This document shows positions 7,586 through 15,472 of a DNA stretch of 44,426 nt, piece by piece; the first letter of the stretch is position 1; the number at the start of each line of letters is the position of its first letter. The notes beneath the pieces were generated by a model, which was not told the origin of the DNA, ran no database searches, and saw only the letters and a list, made by a program, of their open reading frames with translations. The position numbers and the translations under genes were made by a program. Source of the DNA: a virus; IMG/VR virus record IMGVR_UViG_3300043313_000403, positions 1 through 44,426 of that record. One strand, given 5' to 3'.

Positions 7586-7614
7586 TTGACAGCCAGCCGT
7601 CGCTGTGGTAGGAT
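7586..7614 (+). promoter_or_regulatory. sigma70-type promoter for paralog member 3
   Basis: TTGACA-gccagccgtcgctgtgg-TAGGAT. An AGAGGTGA RBS and the ATG at 7653 follow. Confidence 0.65.
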
Positions 7615-7652
7615 CAGTCATCGGGATCAACCCGCTAACCAAGAGGTGACTA

Positions 7653-8081
7653 ATGACTGACGAAGTGCAGACGACCGAGGAAGTGAAAAAGACGAAGTCG
7701 ATCGTGCCGTCCAAGTACAGTGGCCGGTACAAGAACGGCGGCGAAGATCCGCTTGCCAAGTTCATCAAGGAACAGTGCGTCGTTGAGGGTAACTTCAGCT
7801 TCGACAAGTTCTTTGAACTGACCGCCAGCAATGGCGTTCCGCAGGAGAAGGTCGACCACTACAAGGCACAGGTTGGCGAGAAGCGCCACGGTGCCGAAGG
7901 ACGTGCACGAATGACGCTCCGCAACATGCTGGCGACCATCGTGCGCAAAAACGGCAAGGCCACCGGCCTCGACGGAAGTGAAGTTGCCATCGACCTGCCG
8001 AAGCCAGCCCTTACGGGTGCGGCTAAGGCGGCTCAGGAAGCGACCTCCACAGGTAGTCAAGCTGAACCTGCCGCTGCCTAA
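7653..8081 (+). CDS. Paralog family member 3 (most divergent), function unknown
   Basis: SIVPSKYSGRY ... SNGVPQEKV ... GAEGRARMTLRNMLATIV aligns with the family motifs. Confidence 0.65.
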   Translation: MTDEVQTTEEVKKTKSIVPSKYSGRYKNGGEDPLAKFIKEQCVVEGNFSFDKFFELTASNGVPQEKVDHYKAQVGEKRHGAEGRARMTLRNMLATIVRKNGKATGLDGSEVAIDLPKPALTGAAKAAQEATSTGSQAEPAAA

Positions 8082-8135
8082 TGGTTAAACGCCCGGAAGG
8101 TGTCCCCTAACGGGTTTGAGTTTAATCATTCAGGT

Positions 8136-8181
8136 GTGAACGCCCTGCCGAGATCCCTCTTGGTGGGGCGTTCACGTATTT
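8136..8181 (+). terminator. Putative terminator after paralog member 3
   Basis: gtgaacgccc (8136-8145) pairs with gggcgttcac (8166-8175) around a 20-nt loop, followed by gtatttg. The large loop lowers confidence. Confidence 0.4.
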
Positions 8182-8191
8182 GAAAGGGGGA

Positions 8192-8220
8192 TTGACAGCG
8201 CCCGCGCGGCGTGGTACGAT
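8192..8220 (+). promoter_or_regulatory. sigma70-type promoter for the replication operon
   Basis: gggggaTTGACA-gcgcccgcgcggcgtgg-TACGAT. Confidence 0.65.
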
Positions 8221-8259
8221 CTTGGTACGGGAGCAATAACGCCCCGGCACAACGAGGTA

Positions 8260-8754
8260 ATGATGAAACAATCTACCGAGCTAAACTTGCGTACTGCCTG
8301 CAATCTCCTCACCCAATTCGCTGGGGATGTAAGGGACGAGACAACAGACGCAGTCGAAAGTGGCGACCATATCGAAATAATCCGCCACTATGATAAGCTC
8401 CGCCAGTTGACGGCGCTAATCAAGGAATCCCGCGAGGCCCTCGCCCAAATCGAGGAAAAGCTCTCAAGGGAACAGGTGCCGGAGGTTCTCCGCGCGCACC
8501 AAATCAAGACCATCACCGTGGAAGGCGTCGGCAGGGTGTCCCTTGGGACTCGCTGGTCGGCAAGTATGCCCGACAAGGCGGCTGGTTTTGAGTGGCTCCG
8601 CAAGAACGAGCACGGCGGGGTGATCCAAGAGACAGTGAACGCTCAGACCCTTGGTGCGCTGGCCAAGGAACTGAACGAAGAAGGTACGGAACTACCAGCG
8701 CCAACGTTCACAACGAACATAATGACGTATACCTCGATCACAAAGGTGAAGTAA
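8260..8754 (+). CDS. Hypothetical protein (164 aa), coiled-coil N-terminus
   Basis: ATGATG start after GAGGTAA. No motif I can name. It is translationally coupled to the next gene. Confidence 0.6.
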   Translation: MMKQSTELNLRTACNLLTQFAGDVRDETTDAVESGDHIEIIRHYDKLRQLTALIKESREALAQIEEKLSREQVPEVLRAHQIKTITVEGVGRVSLGTRWSASMPDKAAGFEWLRKNEHGGVIQETVNAQTLGALAKELNEEGTELPAPTFTTNIMTYTSITKVK

Positions 8755-9581
8755 TGAACGACGTGACAACGACTAACAGCGGCATCCCCGCACACTTGGC
8801 ACACTACGCCAAGTCCAAGATCGGTAACGTGGACAGTTCTGATCGTATCATCCCGCGGATCAAGTTGATGCAGGCCATTTCGCCTGAGTTGACTGATTTT
8901 GATGAGGCCAAAGCGGGTCAATTCTGGCACACCATCGCGCAGCAGAACTTGGGACCCACCATCCGAGCAGTTCCCATCGTCATCCGCAAGTCGTTTGTCC
9001 TATGGGCACCGCGCAATGATGATCGGGGTATTCTGGCCCGCGCGATGGACGGAGTACATTGGGACCCCGCCAACGCGGAGTTCACCGTGAAGCCGAAAGG
9101 ATCAGCCACTCCGGTTACGTACAAGACGGCCAACACCGTAGCCGAAAGCAGGCTGGACCAATTCGGCACCAGCATTCCGGGTGACCCAAATTCGGCCCCG
9201 GCGGCGAGCCTCACGTACAACATGTTGTGGCACCTGATCGACTACCCTGAGTTGTCGCCATCTGTGGTGATCAATACACGGTCCAGCGTCAAGCCGATGC
9301 AGCAGTTGCTGTCGCGGATCGACTCCAAGCCGGTGCCTCACTTCTGTCAAGTCTACGACATCAGTTCGGTGCAGCAGAAGGGGGCCGAAGGACCCTACTT
9401 CAATTTCGCCTACACCGGAGCGGGGTTCACCACGGCGGAGCAAGCCAAAATCACCGAAGACATGTACGAGCAGTTCAGCAAGGGTGGTTGGGTTGCGAAC
9501 GACGAGGCAGATGAGGAACAGGTCACCAACGCCAATCCTCGCGCCGTCGACGAACAGATGGCATCATCGGGTAAGTTCTAA
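8754..9581 (+). CDS. Putative ssDNA-binding protein (T7 gp2.5-like architecture)
   Basis: ATG at 8754 overlaps the upstream TAA. The 275-aa protein ends in an acidic tail, NDEADEEQ...DEQMASSGKF, with a terminal Phe as in phage SSBs. The functional call rests only on architecture and position. Confidence 0.45.
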   Translation: MNDVTTTNSGIPAHLAHYAKSKIGNVDSSDRIIPRIKLMQAISPELTDFDEAKAGQFWHTIAQQNLGPTIRAVPIVIRKSFVLWAPRNDDRGILARAMDGVHWDPANAEFTVKPKGSATPVTYKTANTVAESRLDQFGTSIPGDPNSAPAASLTYNMLWHLIDYPELSPSVVINTRSSVKPMQQLLSRIDSKPVPHFCQVYDISSVQQKGAEGPYFNFAYTGAGFTTAEQAKITEDMYEQFSKGGWVANDEADEEQVTNANPRAVDEQMASSGKF

Positions 9582-9652
9582 TCCCGGTCATCCTTGACGG
9601 GACAACTGCGGGGGAGGGCGAAAATGCCTCCCCTGCTTCTTTGGAGAATTGT

Positions 9653-9790
9653 ATGAACATCCACGAAGAGCGCCGCAAGCGATTTGAAGAAGGCAAGAAG
9701 CGATGGGACGAGTTGACTAAAGACTGGTCAGACGAGGACCGGAAATGGGCCGCAGAATTTTGGATGAACGCAGGACAAGCTTGGGGATAG
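9653..9790 (+). CDS. Possible 45-aa protein
   Basis: ATG follows GGAGAA. Sequence is MNIHEERRKRFEEGKKRWDELTKDWSDEDRKWAAEFWMNAGQAWG. Below the track cutoff. Confidence 0.35.
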   Translation: MNIHEERRKRFEEGKKRWDELTKDWSDEDRKWAAEFWMNAGQAWG

Positions 9791-9791
9791 T

Positions 9792-9890
9792 ATGACACCA
9801 GAATTATCCGAAGCGTTAACCGGGCTGGTAACAACTGTAACTTGGCTGATAGTAATAATATTCGCGCTGTGGGTGTCATTTGGGAAATAA
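9792..9890 (+). CDS. Possible 32-aa single-pass membrane peptide
   Basis: MTPELSEALTGLVTTVTWLIVIIFALWVSFGK fills the gap just before the polymerase gene. Confidence 0.3.
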   Translation: MTPELSEALTGLVTTVTWLIVIIFALWVSFGK

Positions 9891-9891
9891 C

Positions 9892-11685
9892 ATGAAGCAA
9901 TGTATTAATCCGGAACTCGCGCTCGACTTGGTGCGGTGCCATTACAAACCTATAGCTTTCGATACCGAAACAACAGGATTGACTGTTCATGATAAGATCT
10001 GCGGTTACGTCATTACCAATGAAGAGTATTCGATATATGTCCCGGTTCGCCACGAAGGAGGTGGCAATATTCCAAATGCGGAAGACTTCGAGCGCGCTCT
10101 CGCTGGTGCTTTTAGAGATCGCAGCCGTCTTCTATTTCGGACTGTTGGTCATAATCTTGGCTTCGATTTACGTATTTGTTTACGGCATGGTATAGAATTA
10201 CTGGGTCCGCTGGAAGATACGATGATCAACGAGGCGATCATCAGTGACATTACCCAAGGATACAGCCTCGACGAATCATGCCTGCGGCGCAAGGTGACGC
10301 CAAAGAAGGGGGACGAACTCTATGCCGAACTCGCTCGCCGATTTGGAGGCCTTCCTGACCGTAAGCAAATGGGAAAGTTCTGGAGACTCGAAGGAGACCA
10401 CCCCCTCATCGTCGATTATGCCACAGGTGACGGTATCTCCACTCTTGAGTTATGGGCCAAGCAACAGCCCATCTTGGACGCTGACGATCTTCGCAAACCA
10501 TGGCAACTCGAATGCGATCTTCTCCCTTACGTTGCACGGATTCACGCCCGAGGACTTAAAATCGACAGCGAATACGCAGGAAGAGTAGGAGGCGAAATTG
10601 AAGAAGCCATCGCAGAAAAAAGCAAAGTCTTTGTCCCCGGCTTCAACGTCCGGTCGCCAAAAACCGTTGAGGCTCTCTATCGCTCAAATGGCTTCACAGA
10701 TACCGAGTTTTCCCGTACCGCTGGAGGGGCGTTCTCCTTCACAGAAAAGTGGCTCGAAACCAACGAAATCGGAGGAGCCATCCTTGCAGTTAGACGGCTC
10801 GAAAAGGCACGGGACAGCTTTATCGCACCCCTTATTGACACACACAATGTCAATGGACGAGTCCACCCCGTTCTTAACCAATCCAAGTCCGACGACTATG
10901 GAGTTGCCGGTGTCAGATTCTCGTGTAGTGAACCTAACTTACAAGCTTTCCCTAAACGGAACATCGACGTTGGACGCGTTGTTAGACGACTGGTGGTCCC
11001 AGATGAGGGCTTCGTTATTGAAGAGGCTGACGCAAAACAGCAAGAACCAAGGCTTTTCACTCACTATTCAGGAGACCCAGCTTTGGTCGATGGATACCGA
11101 AGCGGAACTATGGATATCCACGATAGAGCGTCCGAAGTCCTCGGACTAGACCGCGACACCGCAAAGCGGCTGGGGATGGGGATGCTCACCATGATGTCCC
11201 CGCCGACGCTCGCGGGGCACATGAGGTGGCCAATCGAGCGAGCGCGTGACGCGCACCGCGCGTTCCTCACCGACGCTTTTCCCCACATCAAGACCTTTCA
11301 GGACACGGCAGTTCATGTATTCAAGCGGCGCGGCTATGTTAAAACACTACTTGGACGGCGAGCCTATCTCGATGAGCCAAAATTCGCTTACCGCGCAGTC
11401 TCCCGAATCATACAAAACGGGGGAGGAGAACACCTCAAAATGTGCCTCCTTCGAGCCTGTCAGTACGAAGATGCCTATCCCGACCAAGTCCAGATACTAC
11501 TTACGATTCACGACAGCTTACTCTGGCAACGTAGGCCAGATCACGACGTTCGTGATTTAATTCGGAGTATCGAGCATGTGGCAGAACTTCTCGAGCTTGC
11601 AGTCCCTATTCCTTTCGGTTTGGGGTCCGGCAAGGATTGGGCAATGGCCAGTTACGGAGACAAACTTGACAAATACGAAGAATAA
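9892..11685 (+). CDS. DNA polymerase I family with 3'-5' exonuclease (candidate DpoZ-type polymerase)
   Basis: Exo motifs: IAFDTETTGL, HNLGFDL, YATGDGISTLEL. Pol motifs: RFSCSEPNLQAFPKR, an EADAKQQEPRLF (motif A region), RDTAKRLGMGMLTMM (motif B) and LLTIHDSLL (motif C). I used the ATG at 9892; the track start at 9880 is a TTG. Confidence 0.9.
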   Translation: MKQCINPELALDLVRCHYKPIAFDTETTGLTVHDKICGYVITNEEYSIYVPVRHEGGGNIPNAEDFERALAGAFRDRSRLLFRTVGHNLGFDLRICLRHGIELLGPLEDTMINEAIISDITQGYSLDESCLRRKVTPKKGDELYAELARRFGGLPDRKQMGKFWRLEGDHPLIVDYATGDGISTLELWAKQQPILDADDLRKPWQLECDLLPYVARIHARGLKIDSEYAGRVGGEIEEAIAEKSKVFVPGFNVRSPKTVEALYRSNGFTDTEFSRTAGGAFSFTEKWLETNEIGGAILAVRRLEKARDSFIAPLIDTHNVNGRVHPVLNQSKSDDYGVAGVRFSCSEPNLQAFPKRNIDVGRVVRRLVVPDEGFVIEEADAKQQEPRLFTHYSGDPALVDGYRSGTMDIHDRASEVLGLDRDTAKRLGMGMLTMMSPPTLAGHMRWPIERARDAHRAFLTDAFPHIKTFQDTAVHVFKRRGYVKTLLGRRAYLDEPKFAYRAVSRIIQNGGGEHLKMCLLRACQYEDAYPDQVQILLTIHDSLLWQRRPDHDVRDLIRSIEHVAELLELAVPIPFGLGSGKDWAMASYGDKLDKYEE

Positions 11686-11824
11686 TGAATCAATACCGCA
11701 GGCTGAAGCTGATAGGCTCCTTGACAGAATCAAGGAAATTATGGCCGAAACGGGGGAGCCATTCGGTCCGTGTGTTAACATCTACATCAAAGAAACCTAT
11801 GGCAAGCCCATTGAAAATAACTAG
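11666..11824 (+). CDS. Possible 52-aa acidic helical protein, TTG start overlapping the polymerase 3' end
   Basis: The frame ...ESIPQAEADRLLDRIKEIMAETGEPFGPCVNIYIKETYGKPIENN looks far more protein-like than the alternative frame starting at 11685. TTG at 11666 is preceded by GGAGA. The start is uncertain. Confidence 0.3.
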   Translation: MTNTKNNESIPQAEADRLLDRIKEIMAETGEPFGPCVNIYIKETYGKPIENN

Positions 11825-12149
11825 CCTAGTTTTCGGCGGATCGGCGCTGTTCGCGTTGATGCTTTCCTTCGCGGCACGAAATGACGTGCCTCAAATTGTA
11901 GCTGCAGCCGAAATTGATCAGTTCGACGATAACTGGCGCGATTCCGTAAGGGTGGTCGCGTTGAAGTCAGCTTCCTTGATGGACACCGAACCGAAGTCGA
12001 TCAAAACCGAAATAGTATCCCCTTCGATACCGCCCATTGTTATGGTCGAAGAGGAAAAACCCAAACGTCGCCACCACGTAGAACGCGATATATGCCAACG
12101 TCACGGATTGCGTAAGGTGATCCGTGGTAAAAGATGGAGATGTAAATGA
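11799..12149 (+). CDS. Membrane-anchored protein (116 aa) with basic Cys-containing C-terminus
   Basis: MASPLKITSLVFGGSALFALMLSFAA forms an N-terminal hydrophobic anchor. The upstream part of track ORF 11685-12149 is Arg/Lys/Ser-rich and probably non-coding in this frame. The RBS is weak. Confidence 0.45.
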   Translation: MASPLKITSLVFGGSALFALMLSFAARNDVPQIVAAAEIDQFDDNWRDSVRVVALKSASLMDTEPKSIKTEIVSPSIPPIVMVEEEKPKRRHHVERDICQRHGLRKVIRGKRWRCK

Positions 12150-12349
12150 ATGATGAATTTCGTCTTAAAGTCGATAACGCATACCTTGTCCAACGCATCG
12201 AGCGGCTGGAAGCGGCGCTGCGGGAGATCGAAGACAAAACAGGCATCGCTGCCGCTATCGCCCGCGCCGCCCTCGCCCAGAGTTCACCGCCCGCGCATCA
12301 GGAGAACGACGACGTGTACCCCGGCTTTCGCGGCAACAACGAGGCTTAA
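12146..12349 (+). CDS. Hypothetical protein (67 aa)
   Basis: ATGA overlap with the upstream gene. Helical sequence RIERLEAALREIEDKTG. Confidence 0.5.
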   Translation: MNDEFRLKVDNAYLVQRIERLEAALREIEDKTGIAAAIARAALAQSSPPAHQENDDVYPGFRGNNEA

Positions 12350-12352
12350 TGC

Positions 12353-12451
12353 ATGATCTTTTACATCGCCGGACTTCTGACCCCAGTCGTCATCGCAGTC
12401 GTACTATACATTTGTTTTGGTGATGATGCACCGCCCAAGGCAGGCACATGA
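12353..12451 (+). CDS. Possible 32-aa membrane peptide
   Basis: MIFYIAGLLTPVVIAVVLYICFGDDAPPKAGT. Its stop overlaps the next ATG (ATGA). Confidence 0.3.
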   Translation: MIFYIAGLLTPVVIAVVLYICFGDDAPPKAGT

Positions 12452-12678
12452 CCAAATCCGAATATCACAAACGCTACTACATCGAGACCAACGTGGATGA
12501 CCTGCTTCTCAAAGCCCTTAATCGTGTCAAGGAACTAACCCTTCTAAAGGAGATCAACAGCATAGACGCCAAACTGCGAGTTCTAACCGCCTGCTCCAAG
12601 CTGTATTCACCGCAGAACGCTGCCGACGAGGAGCTTTCTGCGGTGCATTCCGCACCATCCTCTGATCAGGAGAATTAA
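12448..12678 (+). CDS. Hypothetical protein (76 aa)
   Basis: Coupled to its neighbours, no recognisable motif. Confidence 0.5.
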   Translation: MTKSEYHKRYYIETNVDDLLLKALNRVKELTLLKEINSIDAKLRVLTACSKLYSPQNAADEELSAVHSAPSSDQEN

Positions 12679-12680
12679 CT

Positions 12681-13334
12681 ATGAAGAAGCTACTGTTTGC
12701 GACCACTGCCTTAATTGCATTATCGGCCGCACCGGCCAAGGCTGATTTCTACGCCACCAGCTACACCGTCCTCGGCGCGCAGAACGTCACACTACTGACG
12801 CCGAAATTCGAGAACGTACAGGCGGGTGAGATCCGCCTCCAGGGACCGAGCGGCTCGGTCGATGTCTGGTGCCTCGACGTGTTCGACGGCATTAACCTTC
12901 CCTACGACTACACCGTCCAGACCTTCAATGCCGGCGACAGCCGCCCCGGCATCGCGCCGTTAAACTCCGGTCAGGTTCGCCAGATCGCGGCGCTTATGTT
13001 CATCGGTGACCACGTAGCTGGCATCGACAAGGCCGGAATCCAGCTCGCTATCTGGAAGGCGGAATATGGCGCAGCGTTCTCGTCCCTCGCCAGCGGATCT
13101 CTGCTGGCCGACGAAAATCTGTACTTCTCGCAGACCTCGTTCGGCGGTCTTTACGACCGTGCTGACCTGACGCTGACCGTCTACACCGACGCCCCGATCA
13201 ATCCGTCGCAGGCGTTCGGCACTGCTACCGTTGCGGCGGTTCCGGAGCCTGCGACGTGGGCTATGATGATCCTTGGGTTCTTGGGCGTTGGTGGTCTGGC
13301 CATGCGCAAGAAGGGTCAGCTGCGGCTTGCCTGA
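12681..13334 (+). CDS. Secreted protein with PEPxxWA-CTERM (exosortase-type) sorting signal
   Basis: N-terminal signal peptide MKKLLFATTALIALSAAPAKA. The C-terminus VPEPATWAMMILGFLGVGGLAMRKKGQ has the PEP motif, a hydrophobic helix and a basic cluster. GGAGAA RBS. Confidence 0.85.
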   Translation: MKKLLFATTALIALSAAPAKADFYATSYTVLGAQNVTLLTPKFENVQAGEIRLQGPSGSVDVWCLDVFDGINLPYDYTVQTFNAGDSRPGIAPLNSGQVRQIAALMFIGDHVAGIDKAGIQLAIWKAEYGAAFSSLASGSLLADENLYFSQTSFGGLYDRADLTLTVYTDAPINPSQAFGTATVAAVPEPATWAMMILGFLGVGGLAMRKKGQLRLA

Positions 13335-13350
13335 TTGGCTACCAACGATG

Positions 13351-13376
13351 GCGGCGGCGTGCTTGTGCGCCGCCGC
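13351..13376 (+). terminator. GC hairpin after the PEP-CTERM gene (weak terminator candidate)
   Basis: gcggcggcg (13351-13359) pairs with cgccgccgc (13368-13376) around an 8-nt loop. No T-run follows. Confidence 0.35.
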
Positions 13377-13421
13377 TGTCGGCTGGATAATAGCTTATAT
13401 TTTGGATAGCCGAAACGATAC

Positions 13422-13450
13422 TTGACAGCCGATCAGGAGCGTGCTAAAAT
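13422..13450 (+). promoter_or_regulatory. sigma70-type promoter motif overlapping RBS and start codon of the next gene
   Basis: TTGACA-gccgatcaggagcgtgc-TAAAAT. The spacer contains AGGAG, and the last two nt of the -10 are the AT of the ATG at 13449. Confidence 0.5.
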
Positions 13451-13664
13451 GCCATATCGACCGGGAGACCCCGTCTACTATTTCGAGGCTAAGATTGAAG
13501 TGACGACAGCCAAAGCATACCTAGTTATCCCAACGATGGGCAGCGCCAAGGAAGCTTGGTGTCCCAAGTCGCAGATTGTGTCGATGAGCGAACCGGACGA
13601 GAATGGCAACCGAATGTTCGAAGTAACATCGTGGTGGTGGGAAAAATCTGGAATTAAAGAATGA
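13449..13664 (+). CDS. Small conserved phage protein (71 aa)
   Basis: AGGAG lies 9 nt upstream of the ATG. The pattern KAYLV...EAWCPKSQI...FEVTSWWWEKSG is common in small phage proteins. A transcript from the overlapping promoter would miss this ATG. Confidence 0.55.
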   Translation: MPYRPGDPVYYFEAKIEVTTAKAYLVIPTMGSAKEAWCPKSQIVSMSEPDENGNRMFEVTSWWWEKSGIKE

Positions 13665-14056
13665 AAGAGGCTGACGTCAAGCGAAACATGGTCAAGTCGA
13701 TGCAGGAAGGCGGGGGTTACGCGCGCCGCATCGAAGACCAGTATTCGGTGGGCACCTACGATATGATCCTTATCCTCCCCCGGCTGCCAGTGTTTATGGC
13801 CGAAGTGAAGGTGATCCGCGACAACGTGTTTGGCCCAACACCAAGGCAGTTGATAGAACTGCAACGCATCAAATTAGCCGCCGAAGATGGTGGCCACGCA
13901 ATCCCCGTTGTTATTGGGTTCAAGGACGGGGTGTATTACTTTCACAAACCCAAAATGACTATCGACCGCAGGGATTGCTTTTCGGTAACGACGAGCGACG
14001 TCCCGTTCTACAAGCAACTATCCCTATATTATTACGCACAGAAGGACGCAACATGA
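13661..14056 (+). CDS. VRR-NUC / PD-(D/E)xK family nuclease
   Basis: GTYDMILIL...VFMAEVKV...TPRQLIELQRIKLAAEDGGHAIPVV matches the D...E-x-K core and the VRR-NUC Q-containing helix. Confidence 0.7.
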   Translation: MKEADVKRNMVKSMQEGGGYARRIEDQYSVGTYDMILILPRLPVFMAEVKVIRDNVFGPTPRQLIELQRIKLAAEDGGHAIPVVIGFKDGVYYFHKPKMTIDRRDCFSVTTSDVPFYKQLSLYYYAQKDAT

Positions 14057-14433
14057 ATCCGAAGTTACGCGACACCCCGTTGGAAATCGCCGAAGGCACC
14101 TTGCTCGACGCTGGCGATGCTATTCGTGCCCGCCTCAAGGAACACGGCCACACCGAGCGTTCATTCAAAATGGTAGGCGAACTGTGGAGCGTGTACATTT
14201 CGCACGCTTACACCAGCCGCGACCAGTTGCACTTGCAGCCCCACGACATAGCCCAAATGATGACCCTCACCAAAATCGCGCGGGCTGTCTATGGCTATTC
14301 GATGGACAACTTCATTGATGGGGCCGGTTACACTGCCCTCGCGTCGATGCTGACACCGCCCCCTGCGGTGAAGTCGCCGAAAGTGCAGCCGTTGGTGCAG
14401 CCCAAGAAAGAAGAATCCGATGGGACTGTTTAA
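14053..14433 (+). CDS. DUF6378-like protein (nucleotide-metabolism-associated, function unknown)
   Basis: ATG at 14053 in an ATGA overlap. ERSFKMVGELWSVYISH...LQPHDIAQMMTLTKIARAVYG...DNFIDGAGYTALAS resembles my recollection of DUF6378. It overlaps the purZ start by 14 nt. Confidence 0.55.
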   Translation: MNPKLRDTPLEIAEGTLLDAGDAIRARLKEHGHTERSFKMVGELWSVYISHAYTSRDQLHLQPHDIAQMMTLTKIARAVYGYSMDNFIDGAGYTALASMLTPPPAVKSPKVQPLVQPKKEESDGTV

Positions 14434-15472
14434 GTACAACGGCGTTCATTGCGTCGTCGACGGTCAATTTGGCTCAACGGGAAAGGGGGCGCTCAGCGCC
14501 TACCTTGCCGAAATAGCCATCAAGCACGGCCACGCGGGCAAATTCAGCGGCGCGATTTACAGCGGGGGTCCTAACAGCGGGCACACGTTCTACCACGGCG
14601 ACGAGAAGATCGTGCTCAAGCAACTCCCCGTGTTCAGCGTGTATATGCGTTGCGCCGGGATACACGTCCCGGCTTACCTATCGGCGGGGGCGATAATTGA
14701 TCGCGATATCCTGAGGAAAGAGGCGGAGAAATTCCCCAATCTCCAGATTTTCGTGCACCCCAACGCCGCCATCGTAACCAACGAGGACCGTAAACACGAA
14801 GAGGACGGCCCAATAGCGAAAGTGGCAGGAACTCGGAGCGGGACCGGCGAAGCGTTGGTCCGGAAGATACGTCGGATGCCCGAAGCCATCGCTGGCAATT
14901 CGCTGGGCTTGATTGCCCATAACGTATCCATTCTTAACCACCGGATCAAGCCGGAGCGCAACGCCTACTTTATGGAAGTATCACAGGGGTTCAGCCTTGG
15001 CATCAACTCACAGTTTTACCCAAAAGTTACGAGCCGCGAGTGCACCGTAATGCAAGGATTAGCTGATGCTAGAATTCCTCCGCGACATTTATCGCGTACT
15101 TATATGGCAATCCGTACCTTTCCTATTCGGGTGGGGGATGTCGATGGCTATTCTGCTGGCGGTTGGTATCAAGATCAGCATGAGACTAACTGGGATAATC
15201 TAGGGGTCACGGAAGAGAGAACGACGGTGACCAACCGTGTCCGGAGGGTTGCATCATTCTCCATGGAGCAATTCTTCGAGGCTTGCTACGCCAACGATCC
15301 GGACTACGTGTTCGTCAGCCACATGGATTATCTGGACCGCGAAGGACAGATCAGCCTAATGGAGGACCTTAACGCCGCCAAGGGAACAATGAACAAATAC
15401 TTTGATTTCCTCGTGGCGAGGGGACCCAAAGTGAGCGATGTATTAAGAGAGGAAGCAATATATGCAGAATGA
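14420..15472 (+). CDS. purZ: PurZ-type N6-succino-2-amino-2'-deoxyadenylate synthase (short PurA homolog)
   Basis: PurA motifs occur in order: DGQFGSTGKG (P-loop, GDEGKG in PurA), GGPNSGHTF, AGTRSGTGEA, EVSQGFSLGINSQFYPKVTS, RTFPIRVG, TTVTNRVRRV. It is 350 aa (archaeal/PurZ-sized) and lies next to a MazG-like gene in a phage. Confidence 0.75.
   Translation: MGLFKYNGVHCVVDGQFGSTGKGALSAYLAEIAIKHGHAGKFSGAIYSGGPNSGHTFYHGDEKIVLKQLPVFSVYMRCAGIHVPAYLSAGAIIDRDILRKEAEKFPNLQIFVHPNAAIVTNEDRKHEEDGPIAKVAGTRSGTGEALVRKIRRMPEAIAGNSLGLIAHNVSILNHRIKPERNAYFMEVSQGFSLGINSQFYPKVTSRECTVMQGLADARIPPRHLSRTYMAIRTFPIRVGDVDGYSAGGWYQDQHETNWDNLGVTEERTTVTNRVRRVASFSMEQFFEACYANDPDYVFVSHMDYLDREGQISLMEDLNAAKGTMNKYFDFLVARGPKVSDVLREEAIYAE

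Noticed and set aside
9593-9627. TTGACG followed by GAAAAT upstream of the small ORFs before the polymerase
   Set aside because: The spacer would be 20 nt and the GTG(G/C) extended -10 seen in all other copies is missing. It probably is not a promoter.
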